Of a DNA stretch of 64,000 bases, positions 1 through 8,714 are shown piece by piece. The notes beneath the pieces were generated by a model, which made no database searches, was not told where the DNA came from, and saw only the letters and a list, made by a program, of their open reading frames with translations. Position 1 is the stretch's first letter. Each line of letters starts with the position of its first letter. Made by a program: the position numbers and the translations under genes. Source of the DNA: Candidatus Binatia bacterium (lineage in GTDB: Bacteria; Desulfobacterota; Binatia; UBA9968; JAJDTQ01); the NCBI GenBank assembly GCA_963666515.2, contig OY762897.2, positions 1,216,001 to 1,280,000 on the forward strand, in the 5' to 3' direction.

Positions 1-1028
1 TGCTGCCGGGAAGGTGGGTTCCGGGCTACGTCATCAATCCGGAGACCGGCGAACCGCGCAATTACCGGCTGAACGGTCTCCTGGTCTTTTCCATCGCGGT
101 GGTCGTGTGGGCTTTCGAGCTCACCGGGATGCCGCGTGACTGGTTCTACCGGTCCTCCATTCATTCCGTCGCCGGCGGAACGGTCTTCGCCAGCATCGTT
201 ACCGTCATCGCGGTGTTCCGCCAGCCGCAGGGCAAGGTACGGAACCCGCTCCTGGCGCTGTGGTTCGGTCGCGCCCAGGAGCTGTCCTTCTTCAACGAAC
301 GCTTCGACGTGAAGATGTACCTCTATGTCGTCGGCGGGACGATGTTGTCGCTCAACGCCCTGTCCGGGGCCGTGTACCACTACCAGCTCTTTGGTGAAGA
401 CTCCAATCCGGGCGTTTTCCTGTATGCGGCGTTCTTCACGTTCTACATACTGGACTACTTCATCTTCGAGCGGGTCCAACTCTACACATATGATCTGATC
501 CACGAGAATCTCGGCTTCAAGTTGTTCTGGGGCTGCTTCGTGGTCTACGGGTGGCTGTTCATCCTCCCGTTGTGGGGCATGGCCGCTTATCCGCACCCCG
601 GATTCTCGCCGGCATGGACGAACGTCTGGCTCATCGGAACGGCCGCGCTGTTCCTGTTCGGCTGGGGCATCTCGCGCGGCGCCAACATGCAGAAATACAC
701 GTTCAAGCGATGGCCCGACCGCCGGTTTCTCGGCTTCATGGAGCCCGAGTACATCGAGGCCGGCGACCGCAGGATCCTGTGCAGCGGCCTGTGGGGAGTC
801 GCCCGCCACTTCAACTACCTGGGCGAGGGCTTCCTTGCCTTGGCCATAGCCCTGGTATTCGGCTACTTCACCAATCCGTGGGCCTGGACCTACTTCGTCT
901 TCATCGTCTCGCTGTTCACCTACCGTCAACTCGACGACGACAAGCACTGCGCCGAGAAGTACGGCGCCGACAAGTGGGCGGAGTACCAGGCGCGGGTGAG
1001 GTACCGGATCGTTCCCGGCGTTTACTGA
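1..1028 (+). CDS. ERG4/ERG24-family sterol reductase (C14 or delta-7/24 type), 5' truncated by window edge
   Basis: Frame is open from nt 3 (LPGRWVPGY...NYRLNGL). Multi-TM. Family motifs SGLWGVARHFNYLGE and C-terminal DDKHCAEKYG..W.EY..RVRYRIVPGVY. Confidence 0.88.
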   Translation, partial: LPGRWVPGYVINPETGEPRNYRLNGLLVFSIAVVVWAFELTGMPRDWFYRSSIHSVAGGTVFASIVTVIAVFRQPQGKVRNPLLALWFGRAQELSFFNERFDVKMYLYVVGGTMLSLNALSGAVYHYQLFGEDSNPGVFLYAAFFTFYILDYFIFERVQLYTYDLIHENLGFKLFWGCFVVYGWLFILPLWGMAAYPHPGFSPAWTNVWLIGTAALFLFGWGISRGANMQKYTFKRWPDRRFLGFMEPEYIEAGDRRILCSGLWGVARHFNYLGEGFLALAIALVFGYFTNPWAWTYFVFIVSLFTYRQLDDDKHCAEKYGADKWAEYQARVRYRIVPGVY

Positions 1029-1135
1029 GGCAGAATCGGTTTCTTCCGAAACGTGCCGGGTTGCTGGTTGTAGCCCGGAAAATTTGATAAACACAGGGTC
1101 CCGCCGGCGCCACGGCAACCGTCGCCGGGATGTTG

Positions 1136-1248
1136 ATTGCTGGCAGTCGGGTCCCGTGCAAGTGGGTCCCGCAAACCCCGTCAGGTCCGGAAGGAAGCAG
1201 CGGTAGCGGACCGCCCCTGTGCCACGGGGAAGCCTGGCTGTCGGCAAT
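1136..1248 (+). ncRNA. ffs: Signal recognition particle RNA (core; may extend to ~1095-1274)
   Basis: Helix-8 motif TCAGGTCCGGAAGGAAGCAGC at 1181-1201; closing stem ATTGCTGGCAGTCGGG/CCTGGCTGTCGGCAAT; usual position upstream of dnaX. Confidence 0.95.
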
Positions 1249-1356
1249 GAGCATCCCGCCACGCAAGGGGCTTCGGGTGCGCAATCGCAGCGGAAAATTC
1301 ACCTCCTGACGGCGCCTCCAAGGCCCGCCGGGGACACTCGGAGCGGCCTCGACGTC

Positions 1357-3135
1357 ATGTCTTATCTCGTTCTGGCCCGCAAGTGGCGCCCGCAGAGCTT
1401 CGCGGACATGGTGGGGCAGCAGCACATCGCCCGGGTCCTCACCAACGCCATCCAGAGCGGCCGCATCGCCCACTGCTATCTCTTCACGGGCGTCCGCGGC
1501 GTGGGCAAGACCAGCGCCGCGCGCATCCTGGCCAAGGCCCTGAACTGCGAGGGCGGACCCACGCCCACGCCCTGCAACGAATGCGTCCGTTGCGCGGAGA
1601 TCAACGAGGCCCGCTCCATCGACGTGTACGAGATCGACGGCGCTTCCAACCGGGGCATCGACGAGGTCCGCCAGATCATCGAGAACGTGCGCTACCAGCC
1701 CGCGGCAGCGCGCTTCAAGGTGTACATCATCGACGAGGTCCACCAAGTGACCAAGGACGCCTTCAACGCACTTCTCAAGACGCTGGAGGAGCCGCCGCCG
1801 TTCGCCAAGTTCATCCTCGCCACCACCGAGGTCCACCGCCTCCCGGAGACCATCCTGTCCCGCTGCCAGCGCTTTGATTTCCGCCGCATCGAGGTCCGTG
1901 ACATCCACCAGCGGCTGCGGCAAATCGCCGACGTGGAGGGTTTGAACATCACCGACGGCGCGCTGGCGCTGATCAGCCGGGCGGCCCAGGGCAGCATGCG
2001 CGACGCCCAGTCGTTGCTGGAACAGGTGCTTTCCTTCGCGGATCCCGAATCGGAGGGCGTGAACGAGCCGCTGTTGCGGGACATTCTCGGCGTCGCCGAG
2101 CGGCGCGTGCTCCACGAGATTTCGGCTGCGGTGGTCGCGGGGAATGCCGCGGAGTGTCTCCGGCTGGTTGCGGAGGTGGCTGATCACGGGGTGGACTTGG
2201 CAGCCCTTTCCCGCGAGCTGGTGGAGCACTTCCGCAACCTCCTGGTGGTTCGCCTGATGGATGGGAGGGCGGACCCGGGCAACGATGGCGGAGACGAGGC
2301 CCGGTCCCGGCGGCTCATGGACCTGACCGGCGAGGAAATTTCCCTGCTCCGGGACCAGGTGGCGTCGGTCGATCCCGAGGCCCTCATCGGTTACTACCGG
2401 TTCATCGTCCAGGGGGATGAGATCGTCGCCCGTTCGCCGTATCCGAGGTTCGACCTGGAGGCGTCGCTGGTCCGCGTGGCGACCTTGCCTCGAACGGTGA
2501 ACATCGCCGACGCCATCGAAGAGTTGCAGCGGCTCGAACGCAAGCTGGAAGATGGCGCGCCTTCCCGCGGTGAGATGCCGCGCACCGAAGGTGGTCCGAC
2601 TCGGGAGACGGGACCGGTTCAGGAAGTGGAGCCGGTTCGAGAGGCAGAACCGGTTAAGGACGCGGAGCCAGTGACGGACCCGGAGCCGGCCACGGACCCG
2701 GAGGCGAGCACCGGCGCTTCACCGGACCGCGCGGCCCAGGAACCGGCGCGTCCGCCCGCGGCCCCGGAGGAAGAAGCAGGGGCGGAGCAACCGGTTCCCG
2801 AGCCGGTTGCGGCCGAGTGGAGCCGCTTTCTCGATTTCGTGGCGGGCGAAAATCCATTCTTGGCGTCGACGTTGCGTCAGGGCAGGCTCCTCGAGATCTC
2901 CGCCGCGGGCGTGCGGGTCGGCCTCGATGAGCTGTTCCACCTGGGCTATCTTCGGGATGGCGAGAACATGGCTCTTTTCGAGCGGTATCTTGAGCGGTTC
3001 TTCCGGCGCAAGATGACGGCGGCGGTGACAGCGGCGGAAGCGGACGATGCCAAAGACGCGCCGGCTCCGGGCCAGGAGAGCGCGGAAGACATCATCGACG
3101 AGGCGGTAAGGATATTCGGCGGCACGGTGAAGTAG
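1357..3135 (+). CDS. dnaX: DNA polymerase III subunit gamma/tau
   Basis: MSYLVLARKWRPQ, Walker A GVRGVGKTS, Zn-binding Cys cluster, DEVH, SRC. Start moved to ATG 1357 because the longer ORF overlaps ffs. Confidence 0.97.
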   Translation: MSYLVLARKWRPQSFADMVGQQHIARVLTNAIQSGRIAHCYLFTGVRGVGKTSAARILAKALNCEGGPTPTPCNECVRCAEINEARSIDVYEIDGASNRGIDEVRQIIENVRYQPAAARFKVYIIDEVHQVTKDAFNALLKTLEEPPPFAKFILATTEVHRLPETILSRCQRFDFRRIEVRDIHQRLRQIADVEGLNITDGALALISRAAQGSMRDAQSLLEQVLSFADPESEGVNEPLLRDILGVAERRVLHEISAAVVAGNAAECLRLVAEVADHGVDLAALSRELVEHFRNLLVVRLMDGRADPGNDGGDEARSRRLMDLTGEEISLLRDQVASVDPEALIGYYRFIVQGDEIVARSPYPRFDLEASLVRVATLPRTVNIADAIEELQRLERKLEDGAPSRGEMPRTEGGPTRETGPVQEVEPVREAEPVKDAEPVTDPEPATDPEASTGASPDRAAQEPARPPAAPEEEAGAEQPVPEPVAAEWSRFLDFVAGENPFLASTLRQGRLLEISAAGVRVGLDELFHLGYLRDGENMALFERYLERFFRRKMTAAVTAAEADDAKDAPAPGQESAEDIIDEAVRIFGGTVK

Positions 3136-3156
3136 CGTGCCGGAGGGAGTGGTCTC

Positions 3157-3483
3157 ATGAGCGAGGGTTTCGGCGGCATGGGCGGCCTCATGAAGCAGGC
3201 CCAGGAGATGCAGGCGAAGCTTGCGAAGATCCAGGAAGAGCTGGCGAAGAAGACGGTGGAAGCCACCTCGGGCGGGGGCATGGTGCGCGTCACCGTCAAC
3301 GGCCAGTTCATGCTTGCTTCCATCAAGGTGGACCCCAGCGTCATCGATCCGGACGACGTGGAGATGCTGGAGGACCTGGTGCGCGCGGCCGTCAACGAGG
3401 GGCTCCGGCGCGCCCGCGACATGGCCTCGGAGGAGATGAGCAAGCTCACGGGAGGGTTCAAGATCCCCGGGTTGACGCCATGA
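3157..3483 (+). CDS. ybaB: YbaB/EbfC nucleoid-associated protein
   Basis: MKQAQEMQ...GGGMVRV...EMLEDL..AAVN; between dnaX and recR. Confidence 0.96.
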   Translation: MSEGFGGMGGLMKQAQEMQAKLAKIQEELAKKTVEATSGGGMVRVTVNGQFMLASIKVDPSVIDPDDVEMLEDLVRAAVNEGLRRARDMASEEMSKLTGGFKIPGLTP

Positions 3484-4100
3484 CCGGATATCCGGCGCCG
3501 CTGGCCCGGGTGATCGAGCAGCTCGGCAAGCTGCCCGGCATCGGCGAGAAGACCGCGGGGCGCCTGGCCTTCCACATGCTCAAGGAAGGCAAGGATTCGG
3601 TGCTGGCGCTGGCGGGGAGCATGGAGCGGCTCAAGCGCGAGATGGGCCTCTGTCCCGACTGCTTCGGCCTCAGTGAAATCCCGCCCGGAACGGAAGAAGT
3701 CGCCCGCTGCAAGGTCTGCCGCGACCCCGGCCGCGACAGTCACACCATATGCGTGGTGGAGGAGCCGTCGGACCTCATGGCGGTGGAGCGTTCAGGGGAG
3801 TACAAGGGGCTTTACCACGTGCTCCACGGCGCCATCTTCCCGCTCAACGGCGTCGGCCCCGATGCCTTGAAGATCAAGGAGCTCATGGCCCGTATCCGGG
3901 CCAACCCGCCGGCGGAGATCATCGTCGCCACCAACGCCACGAGAGCGGGCGAGGCCACCGCCCTCTACCTGGCCAAGATGGTGAAGCCTCTCGGCATCCG
4001 CATCACCCGCATCGCCCGCGGCCTGCCCATGGGCGGAGAGATCGAGTACACCGACGCCGGCACGCTTGGCGAAGCCCTTGACGGGCGGCGCGAGTTGTAG
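3480..4100 (+). CDS. recR: Recombination mediator RecR
   Basis: LPGIGEKTA.RLA HhH, C4 zinc finger, ICVVE, YHVLHG, GEATALY toprim. Confidence 0.97.
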   Translation: MTGYPAPLARVIEQLGKLPGIGEKTAGRLAFHMLKEGKDSVLALAGSMERLKREMGLCPDCFGLSEIPPGTEEVARCKVCRDPGRDSHTICVVEEPSDLMAVERSGEYKGLYHVLHGAIFPLNGVGPDALKIKELMARIRANPPAEIIVATNATRAGEATALYLAKMVKPLGIRITRIARGLPMGGEIEYTDAGTLGEALDGRREL

Positions 4101-4103
4101 GTT

Positions 4104-4133
4104 GCCCCGCCGGATGGCCGGGGCGCCTTTTTT
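4104..4133 (+). terminator. Rho-independent terminator after recR
   Basis: GCCCCG...CGGGGC stem followed by a T6 tract. Confidence 0.7.
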
Positions 4134-4243
4134 GTTGCTTTTTCTGGATGGCCCGTTAAGATTTGAAATTAACCGCCGATATATATGATTGGAGAGGATC
4201 GAAGGAGGTTTCATCGCGGCAAAACGAAGGAACGGGTGAGGAA

Positions 4244-4516
4244 ATGAACGTGGACACCATCAGTATCATCATCTCCGTCGTTACGGTCGGCGTAGCGGGC
4301 GGCGCTTTCACAATGGCCGGGTTCAGGCATGTGCGTGAGGATATGGACCGGCGTTTCGGTGAAATGCGTGACGACATGGATCGGCGGTTCAGCAACTCGG
4401 ACGCACGCTTCGCGGAATTGCGCGAGGACATACGCGAAGTGCGACGCGACGTCAATACGCTGCAGGAAGCAGTGGGCGCCTTGAGAGAGCGCACCGGCAG
4501 CACCCTTCCCAGCTAG
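4244..4516 (+). CDS. Small membrane-anchored coiled-coil protein (90 aa)
   Basis: GAGG before ATG 4244; hydrophobic N-terminus; 11-aa repeat (REDMDRRFGEM/RDDMDRRFSNS); coiled-coil tail. Confidence 0.75.
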   Translation: MNVDTISIIISVVTVGVAGGAFTMAGFRHVREDMDRRFGEMRDDMDRRFSNSDARFAELREDIREVRRDVNTLQEAVGALRERTGSTLPS

Positions 4517-4523
4517 TGCTCTG

Positions 4524-5762
4524 TCAGCAGCACGGCATCGGGTTCTCGATCAGGTTGTAGACGCTGTCGAAATTGACCTCGTTGATGGTCTTCTGGATCT
4601 TGTAGAAGCGCGGCGGCTCGTTGTCCAGGAACACCATGATGGCGGTCTCGATGGGCGGGCAGTCCGGCTTCACGCAGGGGACTTCCTTGATGGTGATGGG
4701 GGTCTTGGACGGGAACTCCAGCGCCTGCCGCACCCAGATGCGGATCTGGTCCAGGGTGAAGGAAGACACGTCGCGATAGATGTCCAGGTCGCCGTCTGAG
4801 GCGGCATCCTCCTCCGAGCGCAGGCAAGTCTTGAGGCCGCCTTGCAGCTCTTCCCCGTCCAGGTTCCGGCCGATGAAGACAAGCCGGTTGAGGCGTTCCT
4901 CGCCGTCCTCCCACTCCCGGCCGAGCTTTCCCTGAAACAGACTGTGCACCCCATGGAACACGAACTGGTGCGAGTCGCCGTACATGTTGAGGATGCCCTT
5001 CATGCGCAGAATGTCGGGCCCCTTCTCCGCCAGCACCGAGCGGAACCAGTGGCTCAGGCGCGTCTTGTTGAGATCTCCGGCCTGCACGAACGAGACGGTC
5101 TTGACCGAGGGCTGGTGCTCGTGGTGATGGCCATCCCGTAGCGCCTCCCGCTTGGCCTCCAGGTCGAAGGCGTGCATCTCCAGTAGTTCGCCGATATCCA
5201 CTTCGGCGTTCAGCGTGGGGGTCAAGCGGGCGGTGGGGTTTATTTCCCCGAGCCTGGCCGTCAGCTCGTCCACTTCTTCCGGCGTGATGAGGTCGGTCTT
5301 GTTGAGCAGGATAGCATCGGCGCAGGCGATCTGGTCCCGTGCCTCGTGCTGGACGGCAAGCTGCTGCTCGATATGTAGGCCGTCCACCACGGTCACCACG
5401 GCCTGGAGCTCGAAATCCAGGCCGATGCGTTCGTCCAGCAGCAAGGTCTGCACGATAACCGTGGGGTCCGCCAGACCCGAGGTTTCCACCACGAGATAAT
5501 CGAAGGTGTCGCGCCGTTCGAGTAGTTGCAACAGCACCCGCAGCAGGTCGCCCTGGACCGCGCAGCAGATGCAGCCGTTGTTCATCTGGAAGATTTCCTC
5601 TTCCGAGGAGATGATGAGGTGGTGGTCGATGCCCACCTCGCCGAACTCGTTGATGACCACGGCGATGCGGTAGCCGTGGGGTGCGGTGAGGATGCGGTTG
5701 AGCAGGGTGGTCTTGCCCGCTCCGAGAAAGCCCGTGAGGATGACGACGGGTATCTTGGCCAT
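4524..5762 (-). CDS. CobW/COG0523 G3E GTPase metallochaperone with extra Cys-rich C-terminal domain
   Basis: GFLGAGKTT, NEFGE, GCICC, ETSGLADP, NKTD, HHHEH, RMKG; extra ~85 aa with CVKPDCPP and terminal CC. Confidence 0.92.
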   Translation of the reverse strand: MAKIPVVILTGFLGAGKTTLLNRILTAPHGYRIAVVINEFGEVGIDHHLIISSEEEIFQMNNGCICCAVQGDLLRVLLQLLERRDTFDYLVVETSGLADPTVIVQTLLLDERIGLDFELQAVVTVVDGLHIEQQLAVQHEARDQIACADAILLNKTDLITPEEVDELTARLGEINPTARLTPTLNAEVDIGELLEMHAFDLEAKREALRDGHHHEHQPSVKTVSFVQAGDLNKTRLSHWFRSVLAEKGPDILRMKGILNMYGDSHQFVFHGVHSLFQGKLGREWEDGEERLNRLVFIGRNLDGEELQGGLKTCLRSEEDAASDGDLDIYRDVSSFTLDQIRIWVRQALEFPSKTPITIKEVPCVKPDCPPIETAIMVFLDNEPPRFYKIQKTINEVNFDSVYNLIENPMPCC

Positions 5763-5831
5763 GACAGCCTCTGTGCGGGTCCCGCCTCGGGGGACCCATC
5801 GCCGGTGGTTTCGTCCGGTCCCTGCGGAGTG

Positions 5832-8132
5832 CTACTTCCGGTCGCGTTCCTCCAGCGCCCAGAACACCCGCTCCGGCGTCAGCGGCAGGTCGCGGATACG
5901 CGACTTGATGGCGTCCGCCACCGCGTTGCCGATGGCCGCCGGCGTGGGCGCCAGACCCGGCTCGCCCAGCCCCTTGGCGCCGTAGGGCCCTTCGGGCTCG
6001 GCGCACTCGACGACGATGGGAATGATCTCGGGCACGTCCAGCGACGTCACCAGGTGGTAGTCCAGGAACGACGGGTTCCGCACCTTGCCGTTCTCGTCGA
6101 TGACCAGGTTCTCGTGGAGCGCTGAGCCGATGCCCATGGCCACGCCGCCCTCGATCTGCGCCACGCAGTTGAGCGGGTTGATGGCCTTGCCAACGTCGTG
6201 GGCCGCGGACAGCCGGTGCAGCCGCACCCTGCCGGTCTCCTCGTCCACCGAGACCTCGGCGGCCTGGGTGGCGTACATGTAGAAGGCCGAGGCGTGGTCG
6301 CTGTGGCCGGTCTCCAGGTCCAGGTCCTTGCCGATCTCGTAGGTGTAGGAGCCGTCGCCCCGGAGCACGGCTTCGCCTCCGAGCCCGCGCCGGACCAGCT
6401 CGCCGTAGGTCAGCGCCATGTCCTCATGGTCCTTGAGGTGGACCTTGCCGCCGGTCACCACCAGCTCCTCCTGCTTGCCTTCGAGCGCGGGTCCGGCCAT
6501 CTCCAGGAGCTGTTCGCGGGCGTGGATGGCCGCCCGGCGCACGGCGTTGCCCATGTGGTAGGTGCTGCGGCTGGAGGTGGTGGATGCGTCGAAGGGGATC
6601 AGGTCGGTGTCCAGCGGCGCCACCTGGACCTGCTCGATGGGCACCCGCAACTCTTCGGCGGCCACCTGCGCCAGGATCGTGTTGCATCCCTGGCCGATCT
6701 CCACCGTGCCCGCCAGCACGGTGATTTCGCCGTCGGCGTCCACCAGCACGCCGGCGTTGGAGGTGGTAGGCGACCGGGTGGGCTTGGAGATGCAGGCCAG
6801 TCCGCGTCCGACCCCGGCAGGCTTGGGCTTGCCCCAGTCGATGGCCGCCGCCGCCTTGGTCAAGGTCTCGGTGAGGCCGACGTTGTGCAACTGCTCGCCC
6901 CAGTAGGCCATGTCGCCGTCCACGAAGACGTTCTTGAGGCGGAAGTCCACCGGGTCCATGGCCAGCCTGCGGGCCAGCTCGTCCATGTGCTGCTCGGTGG
7001 CCCAGGCGCCCTGGGGGATGCCGTAGCCGCGATACGCTCCGGCCACGGGCTTGTTGGTGTACACCGCGTAGCCGTCCACGTGGACGTGGGGGATGCGGTA
7101 GGGGCCGGGGGAGGGGAGGCTGCCGCGGATGCACACCGTCGGGCTCTTCTCCGCGTAGGCGCCGCCGCCCCAGTAGAGCGTCATGTGGCGGGCCATGAGC
7201 GTGCCGTCGTTCTTGACCCCGCTCTTGATGTGAACGGTGGCCTCGTGGCGCACCAGCGTGGAGATGAACGTTTCCTCGCGGTTGAACTTCACCCGCACCG
7301 GACGGCCATTCGTATGGAACGCAAGGCCCATGGCGATGGGCTCCAGCTTGAGGCCGCCCTTGGAGCCGAAGCCGCCGCCCTGGAGCGGGTTGATGAGACG
7401 GATCTGCTCCTGCGGCAGGCCCAGGGCCTCGGACACCTCGGTGAGCGCCCGGAAGGGCGCGTCGTTGGCCACCCACACGGTGACCCGTCCGCTGTCGGGA
7501 TCCACCTGGGCGTGGGCCGAATGGGGCTCCATGGCGGCGTGCTGGATGATCGGCACGTAGTACTTTTCCTCCAGCACCATGTCCGATTGCCGAAAACCCT
7601 CGGCGGTGTCCCCGGTGCGCAGCTTGAAGTGCTCGCACACGTTGGGCATGGGCGCGCCGACGATGAACGGGGCCTTGCGATAGCCCTCGAACTCCTCGTG
7701 GATGGCCACGGCGCCGGGCTGGCAGGCGTCCTCAGGGGTGAAGTAGGCGGGCAGGTCTTCGTACACCACCTCGATGAGCTTGAGCGCCGCCTGCGCGGTG
7801 TCCTCGTCCACCGCGGCCACCGCGGCGACGGGCTCGCCGATGTAGCGGACCTTGCCCTGGGCCAGGAACGGCTTGTCCTTGATGGACTCGCCGTGGGTCC
7901 AGGGGGTGTCCTCGCCGGAAATGACCGCCACCACGCCGGGATGCCGGCGCGCCTTCTCCAGGTCGATGCTGACGATGCGCGCGTGCGCCCGGGTGCTGAA
8001 CAGCACCTTGCCGTGCAGCATGTCCGGCAGCACCAGGTCGTACCCGTACGTGGCCGTCCCCGTGACCTTCTCGTCCACGTCGATGCGGGTGACCGGGTGG
8101 CCGACGACCTTGAGATCGTTGAGATCACTCAT
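5832..8132 (-). CDS. Xanthine dehydrogenase-family molybdopterin-binding (large) subunit
   Basis: KVTG, GGGFGSK, AYRGYG, EIGQG, HDVGKAINP, QIEGG, GAKGLGE. Confidence 0.95.
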   Translation of the reverse strand: MSDLNDLKVVGHPVTRIDVDEKVTGTATYGYDLVLPDMLHGKVLFSTRAHARIVSIDLEKARRHPGVVAVISGEDTPWTHGESIKDKPFLAQGKVRYIGEPVAAVAAVDEDTAQAALKLIEVVYEDLPAYFTPEDACQPGAVAIHEEFEGYRKAPFIVGAPMPNVCEHFKLRTGDTAEGFRQSDMVLEEKYYVPIIQHAAMEPHSAHAQVDPDSGRVTVWVANDAPFRALTEVSEALGLPQEQIRLINPLQGGGFGSKGGLKLEPIAMGLAFHTNGRPVRVKFNREETFISTLVRHEATVHIKSGVKNDGTLMARHMTLYWGGGAYAEKSPTVCIRGSLPSPGPYRIPHVHVDGYAVYTNKPVAGAYRGYGIPQGAWATEQHMDELARRLAMDPVDFRLKNVFVDGDMAYWGEQLHNVGLTETLTKAAAAIDWGKPKPAGVGRGLACISKPTRSPTTSNAGVLVDADGEITVLAGTVEIGQGCNTILAQVAAEELRVPIEQVQVAPLDTDLIPFDASTTSSRSTYHMGNAVRRAAIHAREQLLEMAGPALEGKQEELVVTGGKVHLKDHEDMALTYGELVRRGLGGEAVLRGDGSYTYEIGKDLDLETGHSDHASAFYMYATQAAEVSVDEETGRVRLHRLSAAHDVGKAINPLNCVAQIEGGVAMGIGSALHENLVIDENGKVRNPSFLDYHLVTSLDVPEIIPIVVECAEPEGPYGAKGLGEPGLAPTPAAIGNAVADAIKSRIRDLPLTPERVFWALEERDRK

Positions 8133-8622
8133 GGGCCTGTCCTTTGCCTGCGCGCCGCCGCAACTCGGCGGCGGCATCCTGGACCGCCTCGACGATCTTC
8201 ACGTATCCGGTGCAGCGGCACAGGTTGCCGGAGAGGGCGAAGCGGATGTCGTCGTCGGTGGGGTTCGGGTTCTCGTCCAGGAACGATGCGGCCATCATGA
8301 GCATGCCGGGGGTGCAGTAGCCGCACTGGGCGCCGCCGTCCTCGATGAAGGCCGCCTGGATCGGATGGTAGACATCGCCGTCCTTGAGCCCCTCGATGGT
8401 CACGACGTCGGCGTCGCTCAGTTCGCCGGTCAGCACCAGGCACGAGTTCACCGGCTTGCCGTTGAGGTAGACCGTGCACGCGCCGCAGTCGCCGGTGCCG
8501 CAACCCTCTTTGGTGCCGGTGATCCCGATCTCGTCCCGGAGCAGGTCCAGCAGCAGGCGGTGCGCCGGCGCGTCCACCGAGGCGGGCTTGCCGTTCAAGG
8601 TGAATTCAACAGGTTGGCTCAT
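8125..8622 (-). CDS. 2Fe-2S (small) subunit, CoxS/CutS family
   Basis: GTKEGCGTGDCGAC, QCGYCTPG, GNLCRCTGY; start at MSQPVEF. Confidence 0.95.
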   Translation of the reverse strand: MSQPVEFTLNGKPASVDAPAHRLLLDLLRDEIGITGTKEGCGTGDCGACTVYLNGKPVNSCLVLTGELSDADVVTIEGLKDGDVYHPIQAAFIEDGGAQCGYCTPGMLMMAASFLDENPNPTDDDIRFALSGNLCRCTGYVKIVEAVQDAAAELRRRAGKGQAHE

Positions 8623-8668
8623 GGATATTGAGGCTCCTTCTCGTCCTGGGGCTGCGTTCAGTCGCAGA

Positions 8669-8691
8669 GGGCGACCGCGGGTCGCCCCTAC
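8669..8691 (-). repeat. GTAG-type REP-like palindrome
   Basis: Minus strand reads GTAGGGGCGACCCGCGGTCGCCC; related palindrome at 58275-58294. Confidence 0.6.
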
Positions 8692-8714
8692 AAAGCCCCT
8701 CCGATTCCTTGCCG

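Noticed and set aside
1219-1356. N-terminal extension of DnaX or a riboswitch in its leader
   Set aside because: Overlaps the SRP RNA; conserved DnaX start is 1357; no riboswitch consensus recognised.
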